This document shows positions 29,513 through 40,751 of a stretch of DNA of 64,000 nucleotides, piece by piece. The notes beneath the pieces are model-generated. The model did not search any database, was not told the origin of the DNA, and was given only the letters and a program-made list of their open reading frames with translations. Origin of the DNA: an uncultured virus (IMG/VR IMGVR_UViG_3300024268_004105) (lineage: Duplodnaviria > Heunggongvirae > Uroviricota > Caudoviricetes); the IMG/VR virus record IMGVR_UViG_3300024268_004105; one strand, given 5' to 3'. A program made the position numbers and the translations under genes. Position 1 is the first letter of the stretch; each line of letters begins with the position of its first letter.

Positions 29513-31468
29513 TTATATCATTGCATCATGTAATATATTGATTAATTCTTCATCCATGTCAGGTGAGAATGTTGCGTATATCTCTTCTTCAGATTTCTTT
29601 CCTTTTTCATAAACGTCGATAATTTGACATATAGATTCAAAACTAAATCCTTGCGTTTTTAATCGCCCATACATAATGGTTAATTGAGGATTTTCATATA
29701 TTGCTTTAATTTTAGCGTCTTTTTGAGCTACTACAGTCGCATTTTCGTACATTTTTTCATACGTTTCTTGACATTCTTTCTCAGCTTCTTCTTGATTGCG
29801 ACGCAACATCTCTTCATCAAACATGAATTGTTCTGATTCAGGTATATTATCTACCATATGTATTAATTCCTTTAGCTCGTTAAAGGATATTTCAACTACA
29901 CTTCTCTTTGGTTCATCTGGCATAGCTTCACCTATCTCTCTTGCAACATTCTTTTCGTTTTCATATTCTTTCATTTTATACTTATCTAAATATATATATT
30001 GCTGTAATGATGCATGATCTATCAATGCTCCTTTTTTATGTTGATTTCTATACAATCGTGCATCAAAATTGACACCACCATCTCTAGCCATTTGTTCCCA
30101 CAACGGATGCTTTAAAGAATTAATCTTCTTGTCTAAGATCACGTCATAGCCTCGCACAAAAATAATGCATTTTTTTCCGTTAAGTTTTCTTAATTCATCA
30201 GGAAACATTAATTCTCTACCAAGCACATCATAATTCTTCGATGAAGAACCTTGTCGGGCTATTGTTTCACCTGTTGTTTTTTTATCGATAGTCATCTTAC
30301 CCATCAACTCACTCAATTCTTTTTGTGTAGATGGCCCATTCCCCCCAAGATATACCCATGTGTCACAATTGGCTAATATTGATTCATGTTCTCCATCTTT
30401 ATATAATTTCTTGAGCTGCGATATATCTTGCACAATAATTACAGAAGAAATCTCTCTACTTCTCATTGTAGATAAAAGTGACAAATAATCATCTGGCAAT
30501 GCCACATTTGCAAACTCATCTAATAAGAAAGAGACATGTATTGGCAATTTACCACCGTGAATGAAATCAGCACTATAATATAACTGTTGAAACATTTGAC
30601 AATACAGTATTCCTATTAAAAAGTTATAAGTACTATCGTTGTCAGGAATTACACAATATAGACAAGTTTTCTTTTCTCCAATAGATTGTATATCAATTTC
30701 GTCGTCACTTAATAGATCTAACAATTCAGGCACATTTAATCTTGCACATCTACTACTGACTATTGAAATAATACTTCTAACAGTATCTGCAGCTCCTCTA
30801 TTAGATTTATTATATGCGACAACACAAGAATGGTTAGGCGATACATTTTCCTCAATTTCTTTAAATATTTTATCTACTTCAGATAGCTTTCTACCACTTC
30901 TTGATTCTTCAACATTATCTTTATTTACAAGATACATAACCGCTTTCATGTTTTTTTGCTTAATTCCAGAATTATCAATATCTATTCCAAAGTCTCGTAC
31001 ATACATAAAAAATGCTTGTAACCTTAAGCCCGCCATATCCGTCCAAAACTGATCTCCAGCTTGAGCATCTTTCTCTTTAGTATTTTCCATAAATGTCGTA
31101 ACCAGCTTAAGTACATCAGAATCATCTTTAATGTAATTGAAAGGATTATAGTGTGTAGATTTACGCATTCCTTCTGCATTTAGCAAGTTAAGGCACTTAA
31201 CCTCATATCCATTTTTTTGCATAAAAACATTAGTGTCACGCATTAATTCACCTTTTGGATCAGTACATACATACGAAGTAGATAATTGCAATAATTGAGG
31301 CTTTACAAAACGAAATGTTTTACCTGCACCGGAACCGCCGATCACCAATATATTATTGTTTCTATCAGTCTCTCTTGTGTTAAGTGACATCTGAATATTT
31401 TCAGATATTAATCTATTTTTAGTGTTTACAATACACTTTTTTCTTTTAGGCAATAAAACCATCCTCAT
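29513..31468 (-). CDS. virD4: VirD4/TraG coupling protein, cytoplasmic ATPase part
   Basis: NILVIGGSGAGKT; TDPKGE; YNPF; FLLDEFANV; no TM segment. Confidence 0.9.
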   Translation of the reverse strand: MRMVLLPKRKKCIVNTKNRLISENIQMSLNTRETDRNNNILVIGGSGAGKTFRFVKPQLLQLSTSYVCTDPKGELMRDTNVFMQKNGYEVKCLNLLNAEGMRKSTHYNPFNYIKDDSDVLKLVTTFMENTKEKDAQAGDQFWTDMAGLRLQAFFMYVRDFGIDIDNSGIKQKNMKAVMYLVNKDNVEESRSGRKLSEVDKIFKEIEENVSPNHSCVVAYNKSNRGAADTVRSIISIVSSRCARLNVPELLDLLSDDEIDIQSIGEKKTCLYCVIPDNDSTYNFLIGILYCQMFQQLYYSADFIHGGKLPIHVSFLLDEFANVALPDDYLSLLSTMRSREISSVIIVQDISQLKKLYKDGEHESILANCDTWVYLGGNGPSTQKELSELMGKMTIDKKTTGETIARQGSSSKNYDVLGRELMFPDELRKLNGKKCIIFVRGYDVILDKKINSLKHPLWEQMARDGGVNFDARLYRNQHKKGALIDHASLQQYIYLDKYKMKEYENEKNVAREIGEAMPDEPKRSVVEISFNELKELIHMVDNIPESEQFMFDEEMLRRNQEEAEKECQETYEKMYENATVVAQKDAKIKAIYENPQLTIMYGRLKTQGFSFESICQIIDVYEKGKKSEEEIYATFSPDMDEELINILHDAMI

Positions 31469-31917
31469 TTATCCTTTCTTGTAAATAAATCAATACATTT
31501 GTTTTTTATAAATAGGAATGCTTTAATATAAAATGGATATATTGTTTTGTAAATCACAATAATGTGCTTCGCATTTACATCATAGTCCTTGTTGCTTAAG
31601 ATTTTATTGATCGATTTTGGATCAGCAAATTTTGCTGTTCCCATTTCTTTGCCGTGCATAAAATTTCCTTGACCAGCAAGGTAATATAATACTATGACTC
31701 CATATATAAAAAGATATGCTCCTATAAATATGAATGTATATTGATTATAATAGTTAACCCAAAGATTCTTTATTACATTATTAGTAAGATTTGCATACCA
31801 GCTAAAAGCATTGGCTCCTTCAAACCAAGCTCCTGCACTATAATATGCAAGTATTATTACAACTATTCCAAAAAATATAATTGGAATAATAGATTTCTTC
31901 TTTTTCTTAGTAGTCAT
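31465..31917 (-). CDS. Membrane anchor part of the coupling protein (separate ORF)
   Basis: Two TMs followed by GKEMGTAKFA, matching the HGSA(R/K)W-type motif of VirD4 N-termini; ATGA overlap with virD4. Confidence 0.65.
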   Translation of the reverse strand: MTTKKKKKSIIPIIFFGIVVIILAYYSAGAWFEGANAFSWYANLTNNVIKNLWVNYYNQYTFIFIGAYLFIYGVIVLYYLAGQGNFMHGKEMGTAKFADPKSINKILSNKDYDVNAKHIIVIYKTIYPFYIKAFLFIKNKCIDLFTRKDK

Positions 31918-31928
31918 AACTATAAACC

Positions 31929-33185
31929 TTATTTCTTTATATTATTAAATGAACCAACAATTTTGCTTGGTTCGATTGTTTTCGCAACATTTTTTATATT
32001 ATCACTAACTTCAGAGAAGTTTTTCAGTAATTCTCTGCCTGATATTTTCTCTTTTTTCCCATTCAAAAACATTAATTCATAATTTCGATTAGGATCAAAC
32101 TTAGTAACTATTGTTTTGTCATTATTAAGAATCTTATAAGAATCTTTAGGCAACTCGATATGAGCTTCATTATCGCCATAATATCCTGGCACTCTACACA
32201 CTATTCCATTTGATGATTCTTTCTTAAGCAAAGACATATCTAATGATGCAGGAGTTAGCATTTCATCATAATAATTATTGTTTATTTTTTTCGAAAATTC
32301 TTCTGCATATGCTTTAAGATAGTGCTTATCCTCAGGATTTATAGATTCTACTACTAATTCTGCGTCTTTCGGAAGTACAAAAAGACGTTCCTTATTAGAA
32401 AATGACTTTCCATCAAATGTTGGCCAAGCACTATTCTTTGGAAGCCATACTCCCATTTTAGAATCTTTATCAAGACGTAACATAAAATAGTCATCTGTTT
32501 GTTTAAGAACATCCTCTTCGGAAAAGGTATGCTTGAATTTAACAGAGTTTTCTTGAGTGATTTTATCCTTAAAAATTGCATAATTCGCTAATTTATCTAG
32601 TTTTTCAGCTACCTCTAAGGAATCCTCATTTTTTTTTATTTCTCCAATCTCTTCAAATGTTTTATAATCACTCCCAAATACCTTACGCATTTCAACATTA
32701 AACTCTTCTAACGTCACATCCTTCACGCCTGTTCCATCCGTCATTTCTTCAAATGATACATTGCCACATTCGTTTTCCTTCCCTTTATAATGTTCAACCA
32801 ATGCTTCTGCACAATGGTTAAACCTAGGTGCATCGCATGTACAATACATTATATATTCATGTTCTTTGTCCTTACTGTTCTTAAGAGAAGGCATTATTGA
32901 ATATGGAACCATATTCTTTTTGAGATCTTTTTTAAACTTCTTTGATGCAGCACCGTTCTTTGGAATCTTAAAAAATTGAACGTCCCCTTCTGAGCGTTCA
33001 ATTATAGATTGTTTAAATTTCCAACCACCTTTTTTCTGTTCTTGAGCTTTGGCTAAATTAAAAGCCCAAGTAACAAATTTCCAAATAACATGCAATGCAT
33101 CTTTCGATACATCAAATCCAAATTTAGCCCCTTGTACGCCAATTGATAAAAACTGAGCCACTTCGCCCATTCCTGTATCTCCCAT
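31929..33185 (-). CDS. PcfB/DUF3801-like conjugation accessory protein with C-terminal extension
   Basis: Position upstream of virD4; F...LKK..VPYS.MP.L....D..R motif. Confidence 0.5.
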   Translation of the reverse strand: MGDTGMGEVAQFLSIGVQGAKFGFDVSKDALHVIWKFVTWAFNLAKAQEQKKGGWKFKQSIIERSEGDVQFFKIPKNGAASKKFKKDLKKNMVPYSIMPSLKNSKDKEHEYIMYCTCDAPRFNHCAEALVEHYKGKENECGNVSFEEMTDGTGVKDVTLEEFNVEMRKVFGSDYKTFEEIGEIKKNEDSLEVAEKLDKLANYAIFKDKITQENSVKFKHTFSEEDVLKQTDDYFMLRLDKDSKMGVWLPKNSAWPTFDGKSFSNKERLFVLPKDAELVVESINPEDKHYLKAYAEEFSKKINNNYYDEMLTPASLDMSLLKKESSNGIVCRVPGYYGDNEAHIELPKDSYKILNNDKTIVTKFDPNRNYELMFLNGKKEKISGRELLKNFSEVSDNIKNVAKTIEPSKIVGSFNNIKK

Positions 33186-33186
33186 C

Positions 33187-33522
33187 TTAAGCCTCCTTTA
33201 TTTTTTTAATATTCTCTTTTGAAAAAATTCCTTCATATAAGCAAAATTTCATTTGTTTCTTTAAGGATGGAATAGACTTTAAAATACTTACACAGATTTT
33301 TTCTGAATCGTCTATGCTCACTTCATAATCTTCATTCCTTTTTTCATCATTCTTATTACATAAAAGAAAATAACAAAGAAAAGATCTAAGTTTTTTTCCA
33401 GATATGCTATTTCTTTGTTTAACATGTTCAATAAAACAATCACCTAAATTACTATTGACGTTCATGTTACTCGCCATAATGTTCATACAAATACCCCCTT
33501 TATTCATCATATTCTTCATCAT
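33187..33522 (-). CDS. Hypothetical protein
   Basis: ORF within the operon; start uncertain. Confidence 0.5.
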   Translation of the reverse strand: MMKNMMNKGGICMNIMASNMNVNSNLGDCFIEHVKQRNSISGKKLRSFLCYFLLCNKNDEKRNEDYEVSIDDSEKICVSILKSIPSLKKQMKFCLYEGIFSKENIKKIKEA

Positions 33523-35167
33523 TTACAATTTCTTCATCTATATTGATATCCGATATTTCAATGCTTGAATGTTCAAAATTCGTGTTAAATATCTCTAATC
33601 CATTATCTGGATTATCATTCAAGTTTTTAATATCTTTATCCGAATAATTAAGCAATTCATCAATCATATCTATCGTATAGTTTTGTTCAATTACCTGATA
33701 AATCAGTACATTATCAAACTTTTTATCCATCAGCTCTTTAATTTTAAGAATTACTTTAGCTTTGTTATTATCGTTTTCTTTATATACATCATTCTTAGTT
33801 ATCATCGCAAACAAGAAAGACTTTTGCTCATCTGTCGGCATTTTTTTGAATTTCATAAAAGTAAATGAATCCATTATCTTTTTGAAAAAGCCGAGTCTTG
33901 AATGTTCTTCTTTTTCTACCTTTTCTATTTCTACATACTCACCATCCCCCATATCTATATTAAGTGACATGTTTTCTGCAATATAATCGTCAATCTTTGA
34001 ATGATAATTATTAGAAAAATCATCATTCACACTTTGTTCTTCTATCTTTTCTTCTTGATTAAAATCTTCCTGAACTGTTTCTTCTTGTGTTAAATCTATT
34101 GAATCTAAAGTAGATGAATTCATTTCATTATGACTTCCTATTATTTCTTTTACAAAATCAGGCTCATCATATTCTTCATTAACAGAAATATCATCTAGTA
34201 AATCTTCAGATTCTTCAGATGGATTAAATTCAATATTATCAAATTGATTAATCTTATCTTCTAATTCTTTATTTTTAACTTCCAGCTTATTTTTTTCATG
34301 TTTATATTCGTCCGAAATCTTTTCAGATTCTTTTAATTCTTTTTTTAAACCTCGTAATGCTTCTCGAAGCTCTTTATTTTTTGAATACAAATCATTTTTT
34401 GTTTCTTTATAAAATAAGACTTTATTCCTTTCATCAATAAGCTTATCTCTAAGGTCCTTATTCTCCTTTTCTAACTCCTTTACTGTATTTTTTTCTTCTT
34501 GTTGCGATTGGAATGATTGAAAACTTTCATTAAACCTATTAAAAGAATCTTTAATAGTACTATCCAATAACGATTTAATCTCATCTCTTGTAACAATCTC
34601 TTTATCAGGCTCATTTTGTTCTATTTCTTTCTCAGATAAAGAATTATTATTATCATTACTATTGGTATCAACAAGATCCACACTTTTATCATTTCCAACC
34701 TCACTTTTATATGCTTCAATATCAAAGTCTTTTATCTTTGAGTTAAGTTCTGCTATAGTTGGAGAATTTGCAAGAAAAGATTGAAGCATATCAGCTGTAA
34801 TATCCTTATTAACTGCCTGCAAAAAAGCTTGTATCAAATAGCCTAATTCTTTCCCTTTATAAATATTATTTGCCTTTATTTCATAAAACAAAGAAAACAA
34901 GGAATAATCAAAGGAATTGACTTCATATACTTTCAGATTAATAAAAAATTTTATGTCATTAAGTGAAAATGAACACTGTGACATTAAATTATAAGTGTCG
35001 TTAGACATCATATATTTTGATGCCTTACATTTCTTAAAAAAATCTATACATGTACTTACATAATCGCTTCCTAAATTTTGCATTGCTGCATTCTTTTTTA
35101 ATACAGCCTCTATTTCAGGCATATTATAATCAATATATTTTGTGTTACTCATTTTACTTCCCCTCAT
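33500..35167 (-). CDS. Acidic coiled-coil hypothetical protein
   Basis: 555-aa ORF with central heptad repeats. Confidence 0.65.
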   Translation of the reverse strand: MRGSKMSNTKYIDYNMPEIEAVLKKNAAMQNLGSDYVSTCIDFFKKCKASKYMMSNDTYNLMSQCSFSLNDIKFFINLKVYEVNSFDYSLFSLFYEIKANNIYKGKELGYLIQAFLQAVNKDITADMLQSFLANSPTIAELNSKIKDFDIEAYKSEVGNDKSVDLVDTNSNDNNNSLSEKEIEQNEPDKEIVTRDEIKSLLDSTIKDSFNRFNESFQSFQSQQEEKNTVKELEKENKDLRDKLIDERNKVLFYKETKNDLYSKNKELREALRGLKKELKESEKISDEYKHEKNKLEVKNKELEDKINQFDNIEFNPSEESEDLLDDISVNEEYDEPDFVKEIIGSHNEMNSSTLDSIDLTQEETVQEDFNQEEKIEEQSVNDDFSNNYHSKIDDYIAENMSLNIDMGDGEYVEIEKVEKEEHSRLGFFKKIMDSFTFMKFKKMPTDEQKSFLFAMITKNDVYKENDNNKAKVILKIKELMDKKFDNVLIYQVIEQNYTIDMIDELLNYSDKDIKNLNDNPDNGLEIFNTNFEHSSIEISDINIDEEIVNDEEYDE

Positions 35168-35996
35168 TTAATAAATTATTAATGCTTTTTTGCTTTGATC
35201 TAATAGCTTCTAATTCTTTTTTTAATCGTTCATTTTCGATTTTTAATTCATCAGCTGTTTTTTTTGTTTCTTTAAGCTCTTTAGACATCGAATTTATAAA
35301 ACTCTTATTACTACTTAATTCATTAAATGCAGATGTTGTTCTATCTCGAATAACAAGAATCATATGACTCATCTGATCAAGAGCCTTTAGCACTTCATTA
35401 TTTGAGCTATTTTGAATTAACGCAATTGCCATATCCATAGAATTAGTGTTATCGCCTACAACAGCTTCTTTAATCAAATTATCTTCAATGACTTGCTCTT
35501 TTAGGGTTTCTTCTAAAATCTCTTCACCAGATATCTGACATTCTACATTTGAATTCATTTTTTTTTCTAATTCTGAAATAAGCTCGTCATTATTAATAGC
35601 AGCTATCATTTGTTCCACAGAATAATTTAAATCAAATAACATAAAACGAACAACTTTATAATCAACACCTTTATTTTTAAGTTGAACAATACAATTCAAT
35701 AATTCATCAAATGAATCTAATACATCTTTATTTCCAGTGTTAAATAGATTAATAAAAATCTCTATCCATTTTTCGCATGGAGAAGATAAGTTAAATGAAT
35801 TAAATAATAAATCAACATATTCAATATTCGTTTTCATTAAAATATCTAGACAATTATCAATTTCAAAAATATCTTTATTTATTTCTTGTAATTGCTCGAT
35901 TTGGTTTATTAATAATTCATAATTCTCAGATTCATTATATTTTTCAAGTACCTTTTTATAACTTGAAAGAAAATCATTGGAAGAAATCAGCTTCAT
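35154..35996 (-). CDS. Coiled-coil hypothetical protein
   Basis: First gene after promoter E; AAAGGAG RBS. Confidence 0.65.
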   Translation of the reverse strand: MKLISSNDFLSSYKKVLEKYNESENYELLINQIEQLQEINKDIFEIDNCLDILMKTNIEYVDLLFNSFNLSSPCEKWIEIFINLFNTGNKDVLDSFDELLNCIVQLKNKGVDYKVVRFMLFDLNYSVEQMIAAINNDELISELEKKMNSNVECQISGEEILEETLKEQVIEDNLIKEAVVGDNTNSMDMAIALIQNSSNNEVLKALDQMSHMILVIRDRTTSAFNELSSNKSFINSMSKELKETKKTADELKIENERLKKELEAIRSKQKSINNLLNEGK

Positions 35997-36023
35997 ATTT
36001 ATACTCTCCTTTATTTTTTTCTT

Positions 36024-36093
36024 ATTCTAATAAAGACGATTTTATAAAAAATAACTTATAATATTTTTTTCTATCATTTTTTTACTTATAATA
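36024..36093 (-). promoter_or_regulatory. Regulon promoter E
   Basis: Boxes at 36054 and 36084; -10 TAGAAT at 36024-36029; hairpin terminator at 36111-36130 upstream. Confidence 0.75.
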
Positions 36094-36142
36094 TGTTTTT
36101 CCATAAAAATAAAACCCCATACAGGGTTTTATTACTAAAAAA

Positions 36143-36934
36143 CTATATACAAACAACATCTTTATTCTTATAAAAAATATCCATATGATCATCATCATAT
36201 TTTTTAAGAATTTCATCCCTAATATCTAAATCCGTGATTATTTCTTCCAAACTATATTTTTTTAGGACTTCTTTATCTCTCTCATAGTCTGGTAAAAGCC
36301 AAAAATAATTATACTTATCGTAATATGATTTGAAATTTTCAATATTAAATGTATTATTATAAGAACTAATGCTAGATAATTTAAAATATAATTGATAAAA
36401 ATCATTATAATTCTTTTTAAGACTAGCATCTTTTAAAGTTATATATCCTATTATATACTTTTTAAAAATATCATTAAAATCATTTACATCTGTTACAGTA
36501 TAATTTGATTTTGTAAAATCAAGTTTATCAAAAATAAACTCTTTTATAGCTTTCACTGCAGAATAATTGATTATATTACCACATAAATAGTCAAAACTAA
36601 TATCTTTATCGGGTTTACTATCAAGACGTACTATATTATCCCACGATTCAGATAGCGATTTAATATCAACATTTAAAATATTAAACAACATATTGTTTAT
36701 ATCATCACAATAAAAAGTTACTTGATCAAAGAATGATTTTACTGAATAATCTGTCACCGGATATACATTTTTAGAACCATCATCATTTACAAGATTCAAA
36801 TAATATATAGGTGAAAATACTCCTTCAAAATATACTTTATTATCATTAATTAAGGAATCTATATATTTTTTTATAAAAAATTCCATTTTTTGATACATTT
36901 CGCTATTTATATATTCTAACAACTCATTTTTCAT
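36143..36934 (-). CDS. Hypothetical protein
   Basis: 263-aa ORF with AAGGAG RBS. Confidence 0.6.
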   Translation of the reverse strand: MKNELLEYINSEMYQKMEFFIKKYIDSLINDNKVYFEGVFSPIYYLNLVNDDGSKNVYPVTDYSVKSFFDQVTFYCDDINNMLFNILNVDIKSLSESWDNIVRLDSKPDKDISFDYLCGNIINYSAVKAIKEFIFDKLDFTKSNYTVTDVNDFNDIFKKYIIGYITLKDASLKKNYNDFYQLYFKLSSISSYNNTFNIENFKSYYDKYNYFWLLPDYERDKEVLKKYSLEEIITDLDIRDEILKKYDDDHMDIFYKNKDVVCI

Positions 36935-36946
36935 TATAATTCTCCT

Positions 36947-37951
36947 TTACATCGTCAACAGCTTTATTTCCTTTTCGTGCCTTTGGAATGTTTTTTTATA
37001 ATCATATAATTCCTTACAAATTGATTCCGACTTACACATATTAAGTGATGAAAGTTTTTTATCATATCGTAAAACATTATCCATAAATACATTATCTTTA
37101 TTTTCAGAGAAAACATTTATAGCATGAAGTACATCGTTTAACTCAATTACAGAAAACCTATGCTCACTCCAGTCAAATACAGTAAACTCATGTACACTCA
37201 TTGGAATAATACCTAATTCATTAGTATTATAATGTTTACACAAATCATCCATAATATCTTGAATAAATATTAAAGATGCTCCATATAAATCCTCATTAGT
37301 TGATATTGTATTGATACCAAATCGAGTACAAATTTCTCCTTTAAACAAAATATCTTCAAATATATCATCTGTTGAGTTAATGACATATTTATCTTTCAAA
37401 TTTTCAAATGCGTACAAATTTAATTCTTCTAACGTAATTCCCAAAAGATCTAATCTATTATTATCAAGAGTTATTGTATTAAGATTATCACAAAATTCTA
37501 TACCACATTCAGCACCAATAACATATTTATATATAAAAGCCACATTTCCATCCTCTAACAGGCTATACGCAATATCTTTCGATTCAATGTAATTAACAAA
37601 ATTATCATAATTAATAGCACATGCTCTAACATTATTTAATACATTCTTTTTATCAAGAAATCCACTTAAAGAATATACTTTGTTATTTTCAATTCTTTTT
37701 AAATAATTCTTTGATAAAGATGAGATAATGTCATTTATTGTAAAATCGCCTTTAGCATACTTTTCATATATTGGTTTTATATCAATAGCGGGAATTATTA
37801 AGTTGTCTGATTTCTGATTAATTATATAAAGATTATAAGCATTATTGTAATTATCTGACTTATACTTAATGATTGCATCAACATCAAAATCATGTAGTAT
37901 ATTATATAATTCTTCTTTAACTATTTTTTTGAATTTCTCATAATCATACAT
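36947..37951 (-). CDS. DUF5688-like protein (paralog 1)
   Basis: M.YE.F...V; YGAS; IIPMSVHE motif shared with the next gene. Confidence 0.65.
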   Translation of the reverse strand: MYDYEKFKKIVKEELYNILHDFDVDAIIKYKSDNYNNAYNLYIINQKSDNLIIPAIDIKPIYEKYAKGDFTINDIISSLSKNYLKRIENNKVYSLSGFLDKKNVLNNVRACAINYDNFVNYIESKDIAYSLLEDGNVAFIYKYVIGAECGIEFCDNLNTITLDNNRLDLLGITLEELNLYAFENLKDKYVINSTDDIFEDILFKGEICTRFGINTISTNEDLYGASLIFIQDIMDDLCKHYNTNELGIIPMSVHEFTVFDWSEHRFSVIELNDVLHAINVFSENKDNVFMDNVLRYDKKLSSLNMCKSESICKELYDYKKTFQRHEKEIKLLTM

Positions 37952-38004
37952 TTTTATTCCCCATTTAAAACAATGGGGATATATAATATCCCCATTCCTT
38001 TTAC

Positions 38005-39033
38005 TTAGATAGATAATTCATCATTTTTTGGAATTTGAATCAAATCATCATCTCCAAATTCTATACACACATTTTTCTCTCCATCATCGTCAAAACAATA
38101 TATCTGTGATAATCCTCTATCATATACAAATACGCGATCAGCTAATACGTCCTCGACTGATAACTCAGTTGAATTAACTTCCTTTATCATTTCAGAAAGA
38201 TATTTATCATCATATTCATTGTTCTTAGGAAGTAATAATACTTCATGTACGCTGCTTGGAATAATATAAAAATCATTTACATCTTGCTGATTACAAAAAT
38301 CATCAAGAATATCCTTTTGTAAAATACAAGCCGCCCCATATAACTTGCTCTTGTTAGTCAAAACATACATAGGACTATCACCGGCAAAAATATCTTCATC
38401 TGTATTGTTATTTATTTTAATACCCGAATTATTTTCTAACATTTCACTTACAAGTGCATTAAGATTTTTCATATTAGTTCCAAGAAGTCTTGGCGTATTT
38501 TTGGATGCTACACTCATCAAATCGCCTACCGATTTATCCCAATGCTTAAGATGTGAATTCCTAATAAGAATTGAACTTGTTTCGAGCGAGTTACTATTAA
38601 TAAGGTCATAAAATACAATAGCAAGTTCCGAGCAATCAATAAAAGGAACATCGTCCAAAAGCTTCTTATTCTTCTCAAAATTAATTAATTTAAAACAAAT
38701 ATTATCTTTACATTTTTCGTAATCTACAAATTGCGAAACATCAAAATCCTCATGTAATTCAAACTTTTTATACTGATCTAATATTTCCCCAGCTAACTCA
38801 TCAACAGATTTTCCCTTCTTATATTCTTCAAAATAATAATTAAGATAAATTGTTGGAGAAATATTACATTCCTTATTATTAATAATCAGACCATTTAAAA
38901 CTAATCCATTATTCTTTTCTACTGCTTTAACACTTAAAGAATAATCTTCTGGTAACATTTCCATAATTAACTCTACTAAATTTTTTTCAAATTCTTGATA
39001 ATCCATATCAAAATCCTCCCTATGTTTAATCAT
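38005..39033 (-). CDS. DUF5688-like protein (paralog 2)
   Basis: V.KNNG..L.GL, SPTIYL, MYVLTN...YGAA, YIIPSSVHEVLL, MIKEVN. Confidence 0.75.
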   Translation of the reverse strand: MIKHREDFDMDYQEFEKNLVELIMEMLPEDYSLSVKAVEKNNGLVLNGLIINNKECNISPTIYLNYYFEEYKKGKSVDELAGEILDQYKKFELHEDFDVSQFVDYEKCKDNICFKLINFEKNKKLLDDVPFIDCSELAIVFYDLINSNSLETSSILIRNSHLKHWDKSVGDLMSVASKNTPRLLGTNMKNLNALVSEMLENNSGIKINNNTDEDIFAGDSPMYVLTNKSKLYGAACILQKDILDDFCNQQDVNDFYIIPSSVHEVLLLPKNNEYDDKYLSEMIKEVNSTELSVEDVLADRVFVYDRGLSQIYCFDDDGEKNVCIEFGDDDLIQIPKNDELSI

Positions 39034-39044
39034 TTACTAATAAA

Positions 39045-39115
39045 ATCTTATTAAATAGAAAGATAAAAAGCATAACTTATAATACGAAAAAACAAAAAAT
39101 CAACCTATTATAAAG
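39045..39115 (-). promoter_or_regulatory. Regulon promoter F
   Basis: Box at 39075, inverted box at 39106; -10 TAAGAT at 39045-39050; hairpin terminator at 39119-39146 upstream. Confidence 0.65.
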
Positions 39116-39156
39116 TAAAATTCCCTCGCCATATGACGAGGGAATTAAAGGTCTAT

Positions 39157-40665
39157 CTACTTGTCTTTTTTCTTTTGTTTGGATTCATCAAAACTATTAT
39201 CAATATCTTCAAGATTTATATCTTTATCTTCTTTCTCTAGATTCTGTGGATTATCAAATTCATCTATAAGTTCCTTTAATGCAGCTTCTTTTTCTTGTTC
39301 TTTCTTATACTCTTTTTTGATACTAGATAAATCCTTTTTATATTCATTTTTAATTGCGTATAATTCTTCAACCCCATAAGAATATGAATCTATAATTCTT
39401 TCTATTCTTTTAATTTCATCTAAACAAGACTCTTTTTCATTAATCTTTATTAATTCTTCATACTTGTTATAAGTTTTAATCATCTGATTAACATTTCTTA
39501 TAGATTGCTTTTTTTGTAATATTTCTTTCTCAATGGAATTGATATTGCTTTTAACTACATGCAATGATTTTTTTATAGTATTAATATCACATCCTTTTTC
39601 TAATATTTCTAATTGATATTGCAGCTTATCAATATTTTCAATTGCTTTTTTGATTTGATTATAATTAGGCCTCCTAGAATTAACACTCCCTACACCTGCT
39701 TTATGTATTCTATAATATCTATTTCTAATAATAGGATTACTAAAGTCATAATGGATTCTAACTCTATAGAATTTTTTAGGAACAAAATATCTAATTTCTT
39801 CTTTATCTAAAGAATTATTTTTTTTATTTAAATCAATACGATTTTTAATCATATTATCTGTATAATTTTTTCCTAATGAGTATGTCCTCTTAAAACGTTC
39901 CATCCCTTCATACTTAATAGCTGTATACGTTCCATATTTTTTTGATTTACCAATTTTAACTTGATATCCAGCATTTTTAAGATTATTTATAAATTCATCA
40001 TATGATTCTGATATATTGATAAAATAATCTATATCATCACGAAGATAATCACTCAATGTATATCTTTCATTTTTCTCATTATAATACTTATTATTAGAAC
40101 TCTTTGTTTTTTTCTTAAATCTTTTATTTCTCAAATCATCATATTGTTCTAAAGTTAAACCTGTATCATCCTCAAGTCTACTAAGATTATATTTTTCACA
40201 AATCTCATCAACGATCGGCTGAATACTTTTTTCCCAATCATTTTTATTGTATCTATATTTAAGTCCATCTTGACAGTTAACAGCATTAAAACATATATGG
40301 CCATGTATATGTTCTTGATCTTTATGTACAGAGTATACAGCTTCATGTTCTGGTATATATTTTTTACAAAAATCACCAAGAACATTATATGCTTTATCTA
40401 AAGATATATTCTCTTCATCGGGCTTCCATGAAATACACATATGATATGCCAATCTATCTGATTTCTTTTTGGGTTCTTTTCCAAATATTTTATATGTTTC
40501 TATAAAATCACTTAATACATTATTTACATCACATAATTGTGTTCCAACATATTTACCGTTTTCTGTCTTTTCAGGATTGCATATATAATTAATAGTATTC
40601 TTTAAAGCACGATATGTTGATTTATCTGTTTTATGTATTGAACCTATGATTTTTGTTATTGCCAT
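39157..40665 (-). CDS. MOBP-type relaxase
   Basis: MAITKI...INYICNPEKT (catalytic Tyr); AYH..ISW; HKDQEHIHGH HUH motif. Confidence 0.92.
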   Translation of the reverse strand: MAITKIIGSIHKTDKSTYRALKNTINYICNPEKTENGKYVGTQLCDVNNVLSDFIETYKIFGKEPKKKSDRLAYHMCISWKPDEENISLDKAYNVLGDFCKKYIPEHEAVYSVHKDQEHIHGHICFNAVNCQDGLKYRYNKNDWEKSIQPIVDEICEKYNLSRLEDDTGLTLEQYDDLRNKRFKKKTKSSNNKYYNEKNERYTLSDYLRDDIDYFINISESYDEFINNLKNAGYQVKIGKSKKYGTYTAIKYEGMERFKRTYSLGKNYTDNMIKNRIDLNKKNNSLDKEEIRYFVPKKFYRVRIHYDFSNPIIRNRYYRIHKAGVGSVNSRRPNYNQIKKAIENIDKLQYQLEILEKGCDINTIKKSLHVVKSNINSIEKEILQKKQSIRNVNQMIKTYNKYEELIKINEKESCLDEIKRIERIIDSYSYGVEELYAIKNEYKKDLSSIKKEYKKEQEKEAALKELIDEFDNPQNLEKEDKDINLEDIDNSFDESKQKKKDK

Positions 40666-40751
40666 ATTATACCTCTATTTTTAACTTCGGACACCGTGAC
40701 CGAAGTTAGCGTTGTTTAACTTCGGACATCATGTCCGAAGTTGATTGTATA

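Noticed and set aside
32629..32637. A9 slippery tract in the PcfB-like gene (IKKN)
   Set aside because: The frame is open through the tract and A-runs are common in this AT-rich DNA; no evidence of recoding
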